This document shows, piece after piece, positions 10,117 to 20,000 of a DNA stretch of 40,950 nt (its first letter is position 1; the number at the start of each line of letters is the position of its first letter). Made by a program: the position numbers and the translations under genes. The notes beneath the pieces are model-generated. The model was not told where the DNA came from and did not search any database. It was given only the letters and a program-made list of their open reading frames with translations. The stretch comes from a virus (lineage: Duplodnaviria; Caudoviricetes): positions 1-40,950 of the IMG/VR virus record IMGVR_UViG_3300008255_000222. One strand, 5' to 3'.

Positions 10117-10538
10117 TGGGGCTGAAATTCGGAGAAATTGTGATTGAATGGGCGGACGGTCATTATTCCTTTCGCCTTGGGCTGGCGGAACTGGAAGAGA
10201 TCGAAGCGAAATTCGACAAAAGCATTTTCGAGATTGCCGCGGCGCTTGGGAACAGGACGGCGAAATCAAAGGAAATCAGCGAGGTTTTGCGGGTTGGTCT
10301 GATCGGTGGCGGCATGCCACCGGCAGACGCGCTTGCGAAGGTGCGGCGTTATTGCGATGAGCGGCCTTTGGATGAAAACCGCACCTATGCTTATGGTGTC
10401 TGCCTGAAAGCCATTCAGCGCGTCCATACCGATGAAACGGAGGAAGACGCGCCGGGGGAGACGGAAGCGGCGATCGAGACGGATACAGACGCATCGACTT
10501 CGCCGCCGTCAGAGGAATTGCCGCAGCCAACCAAATAA
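10116..10538 (+). CDS. Tail assembly chaperone (gpG analogue)
   Basis: WADG...FRL...ELEE, RVGLIGGGM; lies between tube and tape measure genes. Confidence 0.85.
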   Translation: MGLKFGEIVIEWADGHYSFRLGLAELEEIEAKFDKSIFEIAAALGNRTAKSKEISEVLRVGLIGGGMPPADALAKVRRYCDERPLDENRTYAYGVCLKAIQRVHTDETEEDAPGETEAAIETDTDASTSPPSEELPQPTK

Positions 10539-10684
10539 ATGACGTGATGGGACTCGCCCTTGGCGAGTTCAACGCGATTGTTCGTCATCTCGAAAAACTA
10601 TACGGCAACAAAGAAGTTTCGGCACCGACAGAGGCCGAATTTGATGAAGCTGTGGCAGCATTGGAAAGAAAGGGTTTGAAATAA
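10454..10684 (+). CDS. -1 frameshift extension of the tail chaperone (gpGT analogue)
   Basis: G GGG GAG at 10454-10460; -1 frame open (GDGSGDRDGYRRIDFAA...APTEAEFDEAVAALERKGLK) to a TAA overlapping the tape measure ATG. Confidence 0.8.
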   Translation, partial: GGDGSGDRDGYRRIDFAAVRGIAAANQINDVMGLALGEFNAIVRHLEKLYGNKEVSAPTEAEFDEAVAALERKGLK

Positions 10685-12813
10685 TGGCAGACGACATTAC
10701 GCGCATTGTTTTGAACATGGATGCCAATGTTAACCAAATCAATAAAAAGATGGCAAAGCTGACGGGCGATTCCGAGCGTCAGTTCAAAAAAATATCTTTC
10801 AACGCATCATCTTTCGAGCGCAAATTCCAAAAATCAATGCGCGAGGCGGCAACGGCTGTTTCCGTCGTTCACGGTCCTTTGGGTGGTGTCGCATCCCGTT
10901 TAACGGCTTTCGGCTCTATTATCGGTAATACTGGCGTTGCTGTCGGTGGTTTTATCGGCGTCACTTCTGCCTTGTCGTTTGCTATGGTCAAAGCCGTTCG
11001 GTTGTTTGACCAGTTTGAGCGCCAACAGTTGACAACGGAAGCCGTTCTAAAGGCGACCGGGCATGCAGCCGGAAAGTCAGCCGAAGATATTGAAGACCTT
11101 GCGCAATCCATTGCACTTGCTACGCTTGCCTCTCGCCAGGAGGCGCGCGCGGCTGCAACACAACTTCTCACATTCAAATCCGTTGCCGGCGACACCTTTG
11201 ATCGTACCTTGCGCTTGGCGCAGGATCTTGCCGCGTCAGGCTTTGGAACCCTCACCACATCAACCGTACAGCTTGGTAAGGCCTTGGAAGACCCGGAGCA
11301 AGGTTTGACAGCATTACGCCGCGTCGGTGTGTCTTTTTCATCGCAGCAAAGAAAAATTATCAGAAATTTTGTCGATACGGGACGAGTTGCCGAGGCGCAA
11401 AACGAGATTTTAAAAGCTGTTGAGGAGCAGGTCGGCGGCGCTGGCGCTGCGGGTGGCGCTGGATTGGCTGGCGCGTATGACACGCTTACTGAACAAACGG
11501 GAATTTTGCTTGAGCGTTGGGGTAAGCAAATAACGGAGGGTACTCGCCTTAAAGACATTCTGCAAGACATTGCCGGCGTTCTTGAGGAAGTCAACGCCGC
11601 AGCTGACTTTGACCTTGGTCCGCTGGATAAATTGCTGCTGAAAATGCAGGGTGTTGATTTCAGTGACGCAAAGGCGTTCGGTCAAAGCGGATATATGAAA
11701 GCCCTGAATGCCATTGGCACGGAGCAAGCAGCAGCGCCGGATACAAGTGAGGAAGAATCCGCTGCCCTGCGTGAGTTCATCCAGCTTGAAAAAGAGCGGG
11801 CGCACAGAACACGAGATCAGATCAAGATTGACAGTGAAGCGAAAGAAATACAAAAGCGCGCCAAGGAAGAAGGTATTTTCCTTACGAAAGAACAAGCTGT
11901 CAATCAGGCGAATTTGAACGCGATGATTGCTGATCAGGTCGATGCGCATGAGAAATTCGCACAAGTGCGTATGGCTGTGCATGACCAGATCAGGCAAAAG
12001 CAATTGGAAGCAGAAATGCTTATGGCTGTTGCCGGTTCCGCGATGCACTATGCGCAAGCCATATCCTATGCGGAGCAAAAAGCACGGCTGTTTGCAGAGG
12101 CGGAACGCGCAGGCGTTGAAATCACGCCTATCATGCGGGATGAAATTGACCGCCTCGCCATGTCTTACGCGGAAAGCGGTAAAGCTGCAGAAGACGCGGT
12201 AAAGCAGATCGAGGATAACGCAAAGTTTTCTCAAGGAGTCGTTTCAACACTTAAAGGCGGATTTAGCGATCTGTTTAATGCCATTGTCGATGGCGGAAAG
12301 AGCGCCGGTGACGTGATCGGCGATCTCGGCAAAAAGCTTGCGGCGATGGCTGCGCAGGAGGCCGCTTTCCGTTTCCTTGGCGCGGCGTTCCCGAGTCTTT
12401 TTGGTGCGGGCGGGTTTGTGCCTTTGAAAGCTGCTGCGGATGGTGACGTTTTTGGCGGCAAGGGCATCAACTCATATAGCGGCAAGATCGTAAACAAGCC
12501 GACAGTGTTCCCGTTCGCGGACGGCGCCGGCATTATGGGCGAGGCCGGTGACGAGGCTGTACTTCCTTTGACACGGATCGGCGGCAAACTTGGTGTTCGC
12601 GCTGTTGGTGGCGGTGGCGGTGGTGGTGGCACCGTCGTAAATATCATCAATCAAGCGCCTGTCGAGATTGAAACAAGAAAAAGCCGCAGTTCATCAGGGC
12701 GTGAAGTGAATGATATCATCATCAGGGAAGCGAATAAGGGTATGGCGCAAGGCCGCATGGATAAAAGCATGTCACGCTTTGGCGGGCGTCCGCGCCCTGT
12801 TAAGAGGGGGTAA
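10684..12813 (+). CDS. Tape measure protein
   Basis: Long Ala/Gly-rich helical ORF; QLGKALEDP and GEAGDEAVLPL motifs. Confidence 0.95.
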   Translation: MADDITRIVLNMDANVNQINKKMAKLTGDSERQFKKISFNASSFERKFQKSMREAATAVSVVHGPLGGVASRLTAFGSIIGNTGVAVGGFIGVTSALSFAMVKAVRLFDQFERQQLTTEAVLKATGHAAGKSAEDIEDLAQSIALATLASRQEARAAATQLLTFKSVAGDTFDRTLRLAQDLAASGFGTLTTSTVQLGKALEDPEQGLTALRRVGVSFSSQQRKIIRNFVDTGRVAEAQNEILKAVEEQVGGAGAAGGAGLAGAYDTLTEQTGILLERWGKQITEGTRLKDILQDIAGVLEEVNAAADFDLGPLDKLLLKMQGVDFSDAKAFGQSGYMKALNAIGTEQAAAPDTSEEESAALREFIQLEKERAHRTRDQIKIDSEAKEIQKRAKEEGIFLTKEQAVNQANLNAMIADQVDAHEKFAQVRMAVHDQIRQKQLEAEMLMAVAGSAMHYAQAISYAEQKARLFAEAERAGVEITPIMRDEIDRLAMSYAESGKAAEDAVKQIEDNAKFSQGVVSTLKGGFSDLFNAIVDGGKSAGDVIGDLGKKLAAMAAQEAAFRFLGAAFPSLFGAGGFVPLKAAADGDVFGGKGINSYSGKIVNKPTVFPFADGAGIMGEAGDEAVLPLTRIGGKLGVRAVGGGGGGGGTVVNIINQAPVEIETRKSRSSSGREVNDIIIREANKGMAQGRMDKSMSRFGGRPRPVKRG

Positions 12814-12815
12814 GC

Positions 12816-13238
12816 ATGGCGGCTGTCACAATCGTACATTTACCCGGAACGGTGCCGAAATGTGCCATGCCAAAGGGGTCTTCTGGCGGTCAGCAAGACA
12901 ACCGGATTGGTTTTGAAACGGAGGTCGGTCCGCCGATCGAGCGCCCGCGCGCAACATGGGTTCCGGAAATATACAATATTTCCCTGCCGCTGATTACGCT
13001 GCAAGCATTCCGTGATTTTAAAGAGTGGTTTGAAAGCGATCTTGGCTGGGGCGTCAATGCTTTTGTCTTCAAGCATCCGATCACCGGTGATGACGGTGTA
13101 TGGAAGATTATGCCGACAAGCCCGCCCTATCAGGTATCAAAGCCGTTATTGAATAGCACCATGCCCGGATTTGAGCAGCGCAAGTGCATCCAGATCAGCT
13201 TTACCATCATGTCCATTAATTCAGCGGTGCCGTCGTAA
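12816..13238 (+). CDS. Probable distal tail protein
   Basis: Directly after tape measure; F..WF...L..G...F.F.HP pattern. Confidence 0.7.
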   Translation: MAAVTIVHLPGTVPKCAMPKGSSGGQQDNRIGFETEVGPPIERPRATWVPEIYNISLPLITLQAFRDFKEWFESDLGWGVNAFVFKHPITGDDGVWKIMPTSPPYQVSKPLLNSTMPGFEQRKCIQISFTIMSINSAVPS

Positions 13239-13241
13239 GCC

Positions 13242-13757
13242 ATGACAATTGAGAGAGAAATTCCGACCGCCATCCGGCAGGATATCGAGGCGCAAGCAAC
13301 GCCGTATATACCGCTGGGTTTTTTAACGATTACGCATGACAATCTGGTAACGCCGATCCGTGTCGTCAGCGACACAATGGATTACGTCTATGAAAGCAAT
13401 AACTATGACGGTGTGCTTTTCGGTTTCTCGATCGTCACCGACAATGAAGAGTCGCCGCGCGCAGAACTGCGCCTGTCAAACGTCAATAAGAAATTAAGCA
13501 AAGCCATCCGCAAAATCAGCGGTCGGGCAAAAATGTCCTTGGTCGTGCTGTCATCACGTGATTTTAACCTGTCTGTAGATCCCCGCGTTGCAACCGGAAC
13601 GCCGGACATTATGTACCAATTTGACGAATTTGAACTTGAAAAAATTTCAGTCAATGCCGGTCAGGTATCAGGAAGCCTTGCTATTCGTGATTTTTCGCGG
13701 GAGTCATGGCCTTCAATTTATGCAACGCGCAGCCGTTTGCCGGGGCTTTACCGATGA
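13242..13757 (+). CDS. Tail tip protein (DUF1833-like)
   Basis: LTITH..L..PIRVV, L.LSNV, terminal PGL motif. Confidence 0.75.
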   Translation: MTIEREIPTAIRQDIEAQATPYIPLGFLTITHDNLVTPIRVVSDTMDYVYESNNYDGVLFGFSIVTDNEESPRAELRLSNVNKKLSKAIRKISGRAKMSLVVLSSRDFNLSVDPRVATGTPDIMYQFDEFELEKISVNAGQVSGSLAIRDFSRESWPSIYATRSRLPGLYR

Positions 13758-14158
13758 TGTGGTGGGATAAATATGTCGGGTTGCCGTTCAAAGACGGCGC
13801 GCGCGGGCCGCATGAATTTGATTGCTGGGGTATCGTTCAATCGTCTTACCGCGATCATTGCGGGATTGATCTGCCGACATATGGCGACATCAGCGCAATG
13901 GACGTTATTGCCGTTGTAAAGGCCATGTCAAAGGGAATACGGGAGAACATATGGACTCCTGTCGAAATACCGCAGGAATTTGATCTGTGCCTCATGAAAA
14001 CGGGTTCAAAGCCGTTTCCGGGGCATATCGGCGTGATGGTGTCGGGGACGCGCCTTATTCACGCATGCCCGGATGCAAATGTCGTTGTGGTGGATAGAAC
14101 GCATCACACTGTAAAACACAGAATTATAGGGTATCTAAGACATAAATGCCTATCCTGA
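13754..14158 (+). CDS. NlpC/P60-family tail tip peptidase
   Basis: YVGLPF..G.RG...FDCWG, HIGV, LIHA. Confidence 0.9.
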   Translation: MMWWDKYVGLPFKDGARGPHEFDCWGIVQSSYRDHCGIDLPTYGDISAMDVIAVVKAMSKGIRENIWTPVEIPQEFDLCLMKTGSKPFPGHIGVMVSGTRLIHACPDANVVVVDRTHHTVKHRIIGYLRHKCLS

Positions 14159-16827
14159 CAGCGTATCATGAATGTTTCGGCACGGTGCCTGTCGTTCGGA
14201 ATCTGCCTGAAAATCTGTCACTGGCTGAAATGATTGAAAAGATGCCGTTGCCGGAAGATTTCGGTATTCACGGTCATATCTGCATCAATGGCTGGGAAGC
14301 GCCGCGTTTCGCGTGGCCTGATATCAAGCCGAAGCCCTGCATGAAAAGCGGCGTTAAAAACTACGTCACGTTTCATTACCCGCCAAGAGGCGGCGGCGGC
14401 GGTGACGGTAAAAATGTTGTGTCGCTGGTTGCAGCGGTTGCGCTGACAGCGGGTACGGCGGCGATTGCCGGTGGTTTTTTGGCAACGTCAGGCGGGCTAT
14501 TTACTGCGGGTTCACTCTCCGCAACGGCGCTGGCTGCTGGTGTGTCACTTGCCGGGGCTTTGCTGGTCGGCGCGCTGTCATCAGCGCCATCGCGTAACTT
14601 CGGGGTAAGTGACGAGTTGCTTAATTCTGAACTCGGAAAGTCAGCGGCAGAAGGCAATATTGTATCTGTAAACGGTAACATTCCGCGCGTTGTCGGGACA
14701 AGGAAAGTTTATCCGTATTTCGCATCAGAGCCTTTGACGGAATATAGCGGGCAGAATGAGGTAACGGAGGCCGTCTTCTGTCTTGCGGGTCCGCATTTGC
14801 TGGAAAATATCAAGATCGGGTCCGCTGCGATCGAGGATATTGACGGCATTGAATATGAAACACGTCCGGGTTGGCCGGGCGATGCGCGTTTGTCGCTTGT
14901 CGGCAGGCAATCAAAAACGAAGGTTCTGCAATCAGAATTTACAGGTACCATCGTTAAAGAGGATAACGGCGCGCAGCTTGATACGGAATTTTCCGGCAGC
15001 GTTTCTGCAGCGCTGCCGAAAACGCATACATTGTATATCGGTAAGGATGCTGACGAGCATCAGGCGCAGCTGATTTTCCAAGGGCTGAATAAACAGGCCT
15101 CGACAACAGATTATCTCCGTATTCCATTCCGGATACGTATCAGGGAAGCAGGAGAGGAAACATGGATTGATCTGCCCGAAATTCATTATCAGGCTGCATC
15201 GCTGCGGTCGCTGCGCGCAACGATCAAGCTTTTGTTTGAGGATGGATCAAGCCTGACGCCTGCCGCATCGTCAACAGAGGGATTTGTAGAAGCGCGTATC
15301 GCTGCGCCGGGTCAAACCTCTGCGCCGGCAACGGACGCCTTTGCCGCAGATTCATCCTTTGATAATAGCGGCGCTGGTCAAGATTATCTGACGTCTTCAA
15401 ATACCGGGTCTACAAATATCCAGAATGTCGTGATGGACAGGTACACGGCAGCAATTTACCTTGATCCGGCAACCTTTCCAAAAGGCGTTGCCTATGAGGT
15501 TGAAATTAAGCGCGGCAACACATTCCGCGCCGCAAACTATGTGACGGCTGATTACGAATACAGTAGCAGCGTTTGGGATTTATTCGGGTATCGAGGCGAG
15601 GACACATACACGATTGTTGAAGATCGCTCGACGCTCAATGATACATTTTACATTGTGCGTTCCGTTTCAATATGGAACGAGCATCCTGTGCCGGTTGGCA
15701 GTGACCTTGCTTTGATTGCTGTTCGCGCAACAAACCGCGTTGTCAATGATCTGTCTGTCGAGGCTTCCGGCTATGTGAAGGATTGGACAGGCTCGGCATG
15801 GACGAATTGGACGACGACAAGCAATCCCGCGCCGCACTTGATGGATATCTATACAGGGCATTTAAACATTGATGCCGTGCCAGTGTCGCGCGTCGATAAT
15901 GATATGATGGTGAATTTCCGCAGTTTTTGTGCGGCAAACGGCTATGAATGCAATGCGCTGATCGAAGAACAGAGCGTTGCTGCAGCAGCGCAAATTGTCG
16001 CGGCTTGTGGCTATGGCAGACCGTATCAATCAGAAGTTTTCGGCGTTATTTGGGATTACGACAGGTCATCCGAGTCACCGGTACAGGTGTTCAATGAGCG
16101 TAACATCAGTGACTTTTCATGGGAAATGGCTTTTCCAGCCGTTCCTGATGGGTTTCTGGTTAATTTTTATAGCGCCGATGAGGATTACGAGAAAAGACAG
16201 GTCAGTGTGCTTAGAACAGGTGTGCAGGACGGACGACGCCTTGAGCAAGCCAGTTACGAGGGACTTGTCACAGAGTCGGAAGTTGTCAATCGCGCGCAGT
16301 TCGATTTAAGGCAGGCTGATCACCGGAATGTTTTTTATACATTCACAGCCGGCATGAATCAGATTTCATGCCGGCGCGGGTCTTTAATCGGCGTTAATCA
16401 CAGTATTATTACAAGTTTTGGCGGTGCCGGACGCATTGAGCGCCTCGTCTATGACGGGAGCGGCGATATCGTCTCCGTCATCCTGGATATGACGGCTGAA
16501 ACCTATGCGGAAGATGACATGCTGAATGTCGCCGACATGCTGGCGGTCGCTGACATGCTGGAAGTCGGCGCAGCAACGGGCATTGTCATTGCCAAAAATG
16601 ACGGGTCTTTCACGGATGCGCTGGCAATATCAAACGGCGGCAGTGGAACAAACAGGTTTGATCTGGCGACACCTTTATCAGCGACAAATATCGAAGAAGG
16701 CCTGATGGTGACAGTCGGCACCATCGGGACGGTTTATGACCGCATGATTGTTATGGGCGTTGACCCGCGCGACGATTGGAGCGCGGTTTTAACATGTGTT
16801 GACGAAGCACCGGAGTTATTCACGTAA
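14146..16827 (+). CDS. Central tail tip/host specificity protein (gpI/gpJ-like)
   Basis: IPRVVG, TSNPA, terminal VDEAPEL motifs; size and position. Confidence 0.85.
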   Translation: MPILTAYHECFGTVPVVRNLPENLSLAEMIEKMPLPEDFGIHGHICINGWEAPRFAWPDIKPKPCMKSGVKNYVTFHYPPRGGGGGDGKNVVSLVAAVALTAGTAAIAGGFLATSGGLFTAGSLSATALAAGVSLAGALLVGALSSAPSRNFGVSDELLNSELGKSAAEGNIVSVNGNIPRVVGTRKVYPYFASEPLTEYSGQNEVTEAVFCLAGPHLLENIKIGSAAIEDIDGIEYETRPGWPGDARLSLVGRQSKTKVLQSEFTGTIVKEDNGAQLDTEFSGSVSAALPKTHTLYIGKDADEHQAQLIFQGLNKQASTTDYLRIPFRIRIREAGEETWIDLPEIHYQAASLRSLRATIKLLFEDGSSLTPAASSTEGFVEARIAAPGQTSAPATDAFAADSSFDNSGAGQDYLTSSNTGSTNIQNVVMDRYTAAIYLDPATFPKGVAYEVEIKRGNTFRAANYVTADYEYSSSVWDLFGYRGEDTYTIVEDRSTLNDTFYIVRSVSIWNEHPVPVGSDLALIAVRATNRVVNDLSVEASGYVKDWTGSAWTNWTTTSNPAPHLMDIYTGHLNIDAVPVSRVDNDMMVNFRSFCAANGYECNALIEEQSVAAAAQIVAACGYGRPYQSEVFGVIWDYDRSSESPVQVFNERNISDFSWEMAFPAVPDGFLVNFYSADEDYEKRQVSVLRTGVQDGRRLEQASYEGLVTESEVVNRAQFDLRQADHRNVFYTFTAGMNQISCRRGSLIGVNHSIITSFGGAGRIERLVYDGSGDIVSVILDMTAETYAEDDMLNVADMLAVADMLEVGAATGIVIAKNDGSFTDALAISNGGSGTNRFDLATPLSATNIEEGLMVTVGTIGTVYDRMIVMGVDPRDDWSAVLTCVDEAPELFT

Positions 16828-17843
16828 TGGCAAATAGAAATACATATTCATCCGCATCATCATCCCCGTTAACGGGGCCTGATTACATGGATAATGTAAA
16901 AGCGCATATCAAAAAATTCTATGATTCCGCAACATTCATCCTGACCTCTGTCGCTGGAACGGTAGATGCCGTTACCGCAACGCTTGACCCGACGCTGGAC
17001 GGTGACGGTCTTGTAAACGGCATGGAGTTCATCATTATTTGGGCGGGTGCTAATACAACTGCACTTACCTTGAACATCGGCACCGGCGATTTGCCGGTTG
17101 TTTCTGAATCAGGAAACGCATTGCCAGCCGGCACAACTTCGGCAGGCCTTATATCTGTTCTGACTTATTACAGCGGTGAATTTTATATGACAGGCAGATC
17201 ACCGCTGATGACGGGTGATAGCGGTAGCGGTGGTCTTGCCGGTCTTGTGCCTCCGCCATCTCCGGGTGACGGAGCGGCGGGCAAGGCTTTGCTGGCTGAC
17301 GGGACATGGGGGAGCATGGCCGGCAGCGGATTCGAGTTGCTTGGTGTTTTAGCAATTAGCGGGGCAGGAAGCGGGGATATTGCATTGCCGACAAGCGGCT
17401 ATTCATCTTTCCGAGTTGAGGCGCGCGAATTTGTAAATTCAAACACGTCGGGCTTTTTGTTTTGCCAGATATCAACAAACACCGGCAGTAGTTTTTTGGG
17501 TTCCGGTTATTCAGGACGGTTGTTACAATCCGGTAACTTTAACACAGCAAACTTAACGGCCGCCGCGCTGGGTTCAGCCGGGCATTTCCGGTTTGTTGAT
17601 TTGGGCGGCGCATATGCTGCGCCAACAGCAGCGCGGTACGCAGGTAATTACGATGCGCTGATTCTGTCAGGTGAAAAAAGTTTCCAATGGGTTGCTAATA
17701 ATGTACACCAATCCTCCAATGCCGGCGGCAGTATGATATTGGCGCAAAATAACCCGAACGCGCAAGTTGATTACCTGCGTTTTGGAACAACAAGCGGCAC
17801 ATGCACAGTAACAATTTACCTTTACGGGATGAAGGACTCATAG
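16827..17843 (+). CDS. Tail fibre/receptor-binding protein
   Basis: GANTTALTLNI, AGLVP.P..GD....L.ADGTW linker, beta-rich C-terminus ending LYG. Confidence 0.75.
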   Translation: MANRNTYSSASSSPLTGPDYMDNVKAHIKKFYDSATFILTSVAGTVDAVTATLDPTLDGDGLVNGMEFIIIWAGANTTALTLNIGTGDLPVVSESGNALPAGTTSAGLISVLTYYSGEFYMTGRSPLMTGDSGSGGLAGLVPPPSPGDGAAGKALLADGTWGSMAGSGFELLGVLAISGAGSGDIALPTSGYSSFRVEAREFVNSNTSGFLFCQISTNTGSSFLGSGYSGRLLQSGNFNTANLTAAALGSAGHFRFVDLGGAYAAPTAARYAGNYDALILSGEKSFQWVANNVHQSSNAGGSMILAQNNPNAQVDYLRFGTTSGTCTVTIYLYGMKDS

Positions 17844-17847
17844 ACAA

Positions 17848-18222
17848 ATGAAAAAAGCATTATCAATTCCCGCCGCGAAATGGCGGAAAGCAAAAACGGA
17901 TGAAGAGCGCGAGGCTTTGCGCGAGGAATACACCGTTGACATGACTGCCGAAGAAATAGCCGCGCATGAGGAATTACAGGAATCGGCGGCGCGGGAGCAT
18001 GAACAGGCGGCACAGAAACAGAAAAAAAAGGCCGCGCTTGACGCGCTTGCCGACATTGACCGCCGCGCAGCCCGGCATGTGCGGGCGCTGCTGCTGGATA
18101 AAACAGATGCCGAGGCCGTCCGCAGGTTGGCGGCGCTGGAAGAGGAAGCAGCGCCGCTGCGCGATGCGCTGAAAGCGGCGGACGGGACAAGCGGGGCAGT
18201 AACGAAAGAAGGGGAGATATAA
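17848..18222 (+). CDS. Probable fibre-associated chaperone
   Basis: DMTAEEIAA and LADID....R..R motifs; follows the fibre gene. Confidence 0.5.
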   Translation: MKKALSIPAAKWRKAKTDEEREALREEYTVDMTAEEIAAHEELQESAAREHEQAAQKQKKKAALDALADIDRRAARHVRALLLDKTDAEAVRRLAALEEEAAPLRDALKAADGTSGAVTKEGEI

Positions 18223-18228
18223 ACGGCT

Positions 18229-18471
18229 ATGGAATTTCTGAATGATTATTTTAAGAACTACCTGCACAAATTCGCCGCGCGCATCGGCGACATTATTGAC
18301 AGGCTGGTGACGTATTTCGCCTCCGCCGGGCTGATCGGATGGTCATCAATGGCGAAACAGGTCGAGCCTATCTTATCTGTGATCGGGATTCTGGTTGGTA
18401 TCGGCACATGCGTTTGGCGCGTATGGCGCGATATCAAAAAAGAACGCGCTGACGCAGATGGCAAAAAGTAA
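18229..18471 (+). CDS. Probable holin
   Basis: 80 aa, hydrophobic segments, charged C-terminus, upstream of endolysin. Confidence 0.6.
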   Translation: MEFLNDYFKNYLHKFAARIGDIIDRLVTYFASAGLIGWSSMAKQVEPILSVIGILVGIGTCVWRVWRDIKKERADADGKK

Positions 18472-18601
18472 ATATGGCATTCAGCTTTGTGGAACATTTT
18501 TTAAAACCGCTTTACGGCGGTCTTGTTCTGTGTGGCTTGCCATTACTGATGCTTGGCGCGGCGTTTTACACCCCAAAGTACAAAAGAGGCAAGAAAAAGA
18601 A

Positions 18602-19135
18602 ATGGGACTGAAAAGCAAGATAGCCGGCGCCGCGCTGGGCGGCGTGATGTTGATGGCGGTCCCGTTCGTTGCCGGATTAGAGGGGGAAACAAATCACGCC
18701 ATTATTCCCGTTCCGGGTGACGTGCCGACGATCTGTTTCGGGCATACAAAGGGCGTGAAGATGGGGGATTATCTCCCGTCAGATATTTGCCGCGAATTGC
18801 TGGAAGCAGAGATTCAGGAATATCTTGAGGCCGTCAACGCTGCTGTAAAGGTTGACATACCAGACACAATGCGGGTGGCGCTGGTTTCCTTTGCCTATAA
18901 CGTCGGGATAAACGGGTTTCGCAATTCGTCCCTGCTGCGCAAGTTGAATGCCGGTGATCTGTCCGGCGCTTGCTATGGTATGCAGGCGTGGGTGTGCGGC
19001 CCTGCGCAGCCGCATGATGCCGTCAAAACACCGGGACAACGCTGCTATTCACGCGACAAGAACAAAAAGGTTATTCAGGGGCTGGTAAATCGCCGGAATA
19101 ATTTTGAAATCCCTATGTGTTTGGAGGATCTGTAA
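18602..19135 (+). CDS. GH24 lysozyme, probable SAR endolysin
   Basis: Gly/Ala-rich N-terminal anchor then EG...DVPTICFGHT, SFAYNVG, GLVNRR. Confidence 0.9.
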   Translation: MGLKSKIAGAALGGVMLMAVPFVAGLEGETNHAIIPVPGDVPTICFGHTKGVKMGDYLPSDICRELLEAEIQEYLEAVNAAVKVDIPDTMRVALVSFAYNVGINGFRNSSLLRKLNAGDLSGACYGMQAWVCGPAQPHDAVKTPGQRCYSRDKNKKVIQGLVNRRNNFEIPMCLEDL

Positions 19136-19392
19136 TGCTGGCATGGATTATTCGTTTAATGCCCGTTGGCGTTCGCGGGTTCTTTGGCACATACGGGATT
19201 CCCATTGTGGCGGCGCTGCTGCTGGCCTCACATGTTTTTGTTTTTTGGCAAGGTATGCGCATTACCAAGGCGCTGGGTGAGAACAAATCCGTCAACAAAG
19301 CAATTAATATTCAGGAGACACAAGATGAAATTCGCAACAATCGCCCTGATGATCTGCTTCTTTTTGACGGGCTGCGCCGGGGGAAATTCTGA
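19135..19392 (+). CDS. Inner-membrane spanin (Rz-like)
   Basis: N-terminal TM segment, follows endolysin, overlaps a lipoprotein gene. Confidence 0.7.
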   Translation: MLAWIIRLMPVGVRGFFGTYGIPIVAALLLASHVFVFWQGMRITKALGENKSVNKAINIQETQDEIRNNRPDDLLLFDGLRRGKF

Positions 19393-19579
19393 TAAAAAGG
19401 CGATGCGCCTAACGCTTCCTGATGTTCCGGAATATACCAAAGATCAGCAGAAACAGGTGCTTGAGGAAATCACCACAGACGATGACCCGCCGAAATGCGC
19501 TGTGCCGATGGTGTGTGAATTTCTTAAAGACTACAAAGTGATGCGCGACCAGACCCGCGCAGCAAAGGAGGCATTATGA
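19325..19579 (+). CDS. Outer-membrane spanin lipoprotein (Rz1-like)
   Basis: MKFATIALMICFFLTG-C lipobox; overlaps the 3' end of the Rz-like gene. Confidence 0.75.
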   Translation: MKFATIALMICFFLTGCAGGNSDKKAMRLTLPDVPEYTKDQQKQVLEEITTDDDPPKCAVPMVCEFLKDYKVMRDQTRAAKEAL

Positions 19580-19782
19580 CAGCCCTGCACGATCCGCAAG
19601 TCCTTGTCGCCGAAAAAACACCGGACGGCGAGGAATATGTGACGATCGTCAACAATTTCACGATGGGCGCGGAAGCCTTCACGCTGTATATCGGCGAAAC
19701 GAAATGGAACTTCCGCAGCTTCAAGGACGCGCTGGATTACTGTTACGAGCGCGGGCATTTGAAAAGGCCGTATGCGGTCTGA
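19576..19782 (+). CDS. Hypothetical protein
   Basis: GGAGG RBS, ATGA coupling. Confidence 0.7.
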   Translation: MTALHDPQVLVAEKTPDGEEYVTIVNNFTMGAEAFTLYIGETKWNFRSFKDALDYCYERGHLKRPYAV

Positions 19783-19915
19783 AAAAGCTTCTTGATCGTG
19801 TTTTGATTCCGTGTCATTGTTGTGTCCGACAAACGCCGTAAGTCATTGATTCCACATACGCGGAAAATGCCACTTTCTCGGACGCATCCCATAAAAATCA
19901 AGGGCTTAACCTTCA

Positions 19916-19960
19916 CTTCTAAGCAGATGGTTGCAGGTTCGAATCCTGCCGGGGTCGCCA
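19916..19960 (+). other. attP: attP core: 3' part of tRNA-Arg(UCU)
   Basis: CTTCTAAGCAGATGGTTGCAGGTTCGAATCCTGCCGGGGTCGCCA runs from the anticodon loop to CCA with no 5' half; adjacent to the int 3' end. Confidence 0.9.
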
Positions 19961-20000
19961 TTTTTTCTTGATAATTCCGTGACTTACATAACCGCTGAAA

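Noticed and set aside
1817-17355. Long minus-strand ORFs within structural genes (e.g. 10869-11594, 11410-12234)
   Set aside because: Antisense shadows with no recognisable motifs
779-17843. Gene transfer agent cluster
   Set aside because: Tail genes are GTA-like, but int, attP, the cI/cro switch, a replication initiator and cos features indicate a true phage
18395-18601. N-terminal extension of the endolysin
   Set aside because: Overlaps the holin and would bury the SAR anchor; 18602 preferred, though a start near 18458 cannot be excluded
19743-19961. 72-aa minus ORF, or a complete tRNA gene
   Set aside because: The ORF is the antisense reading of tRNA sequence; the 5' half of the tRNA is absent, so this is attP
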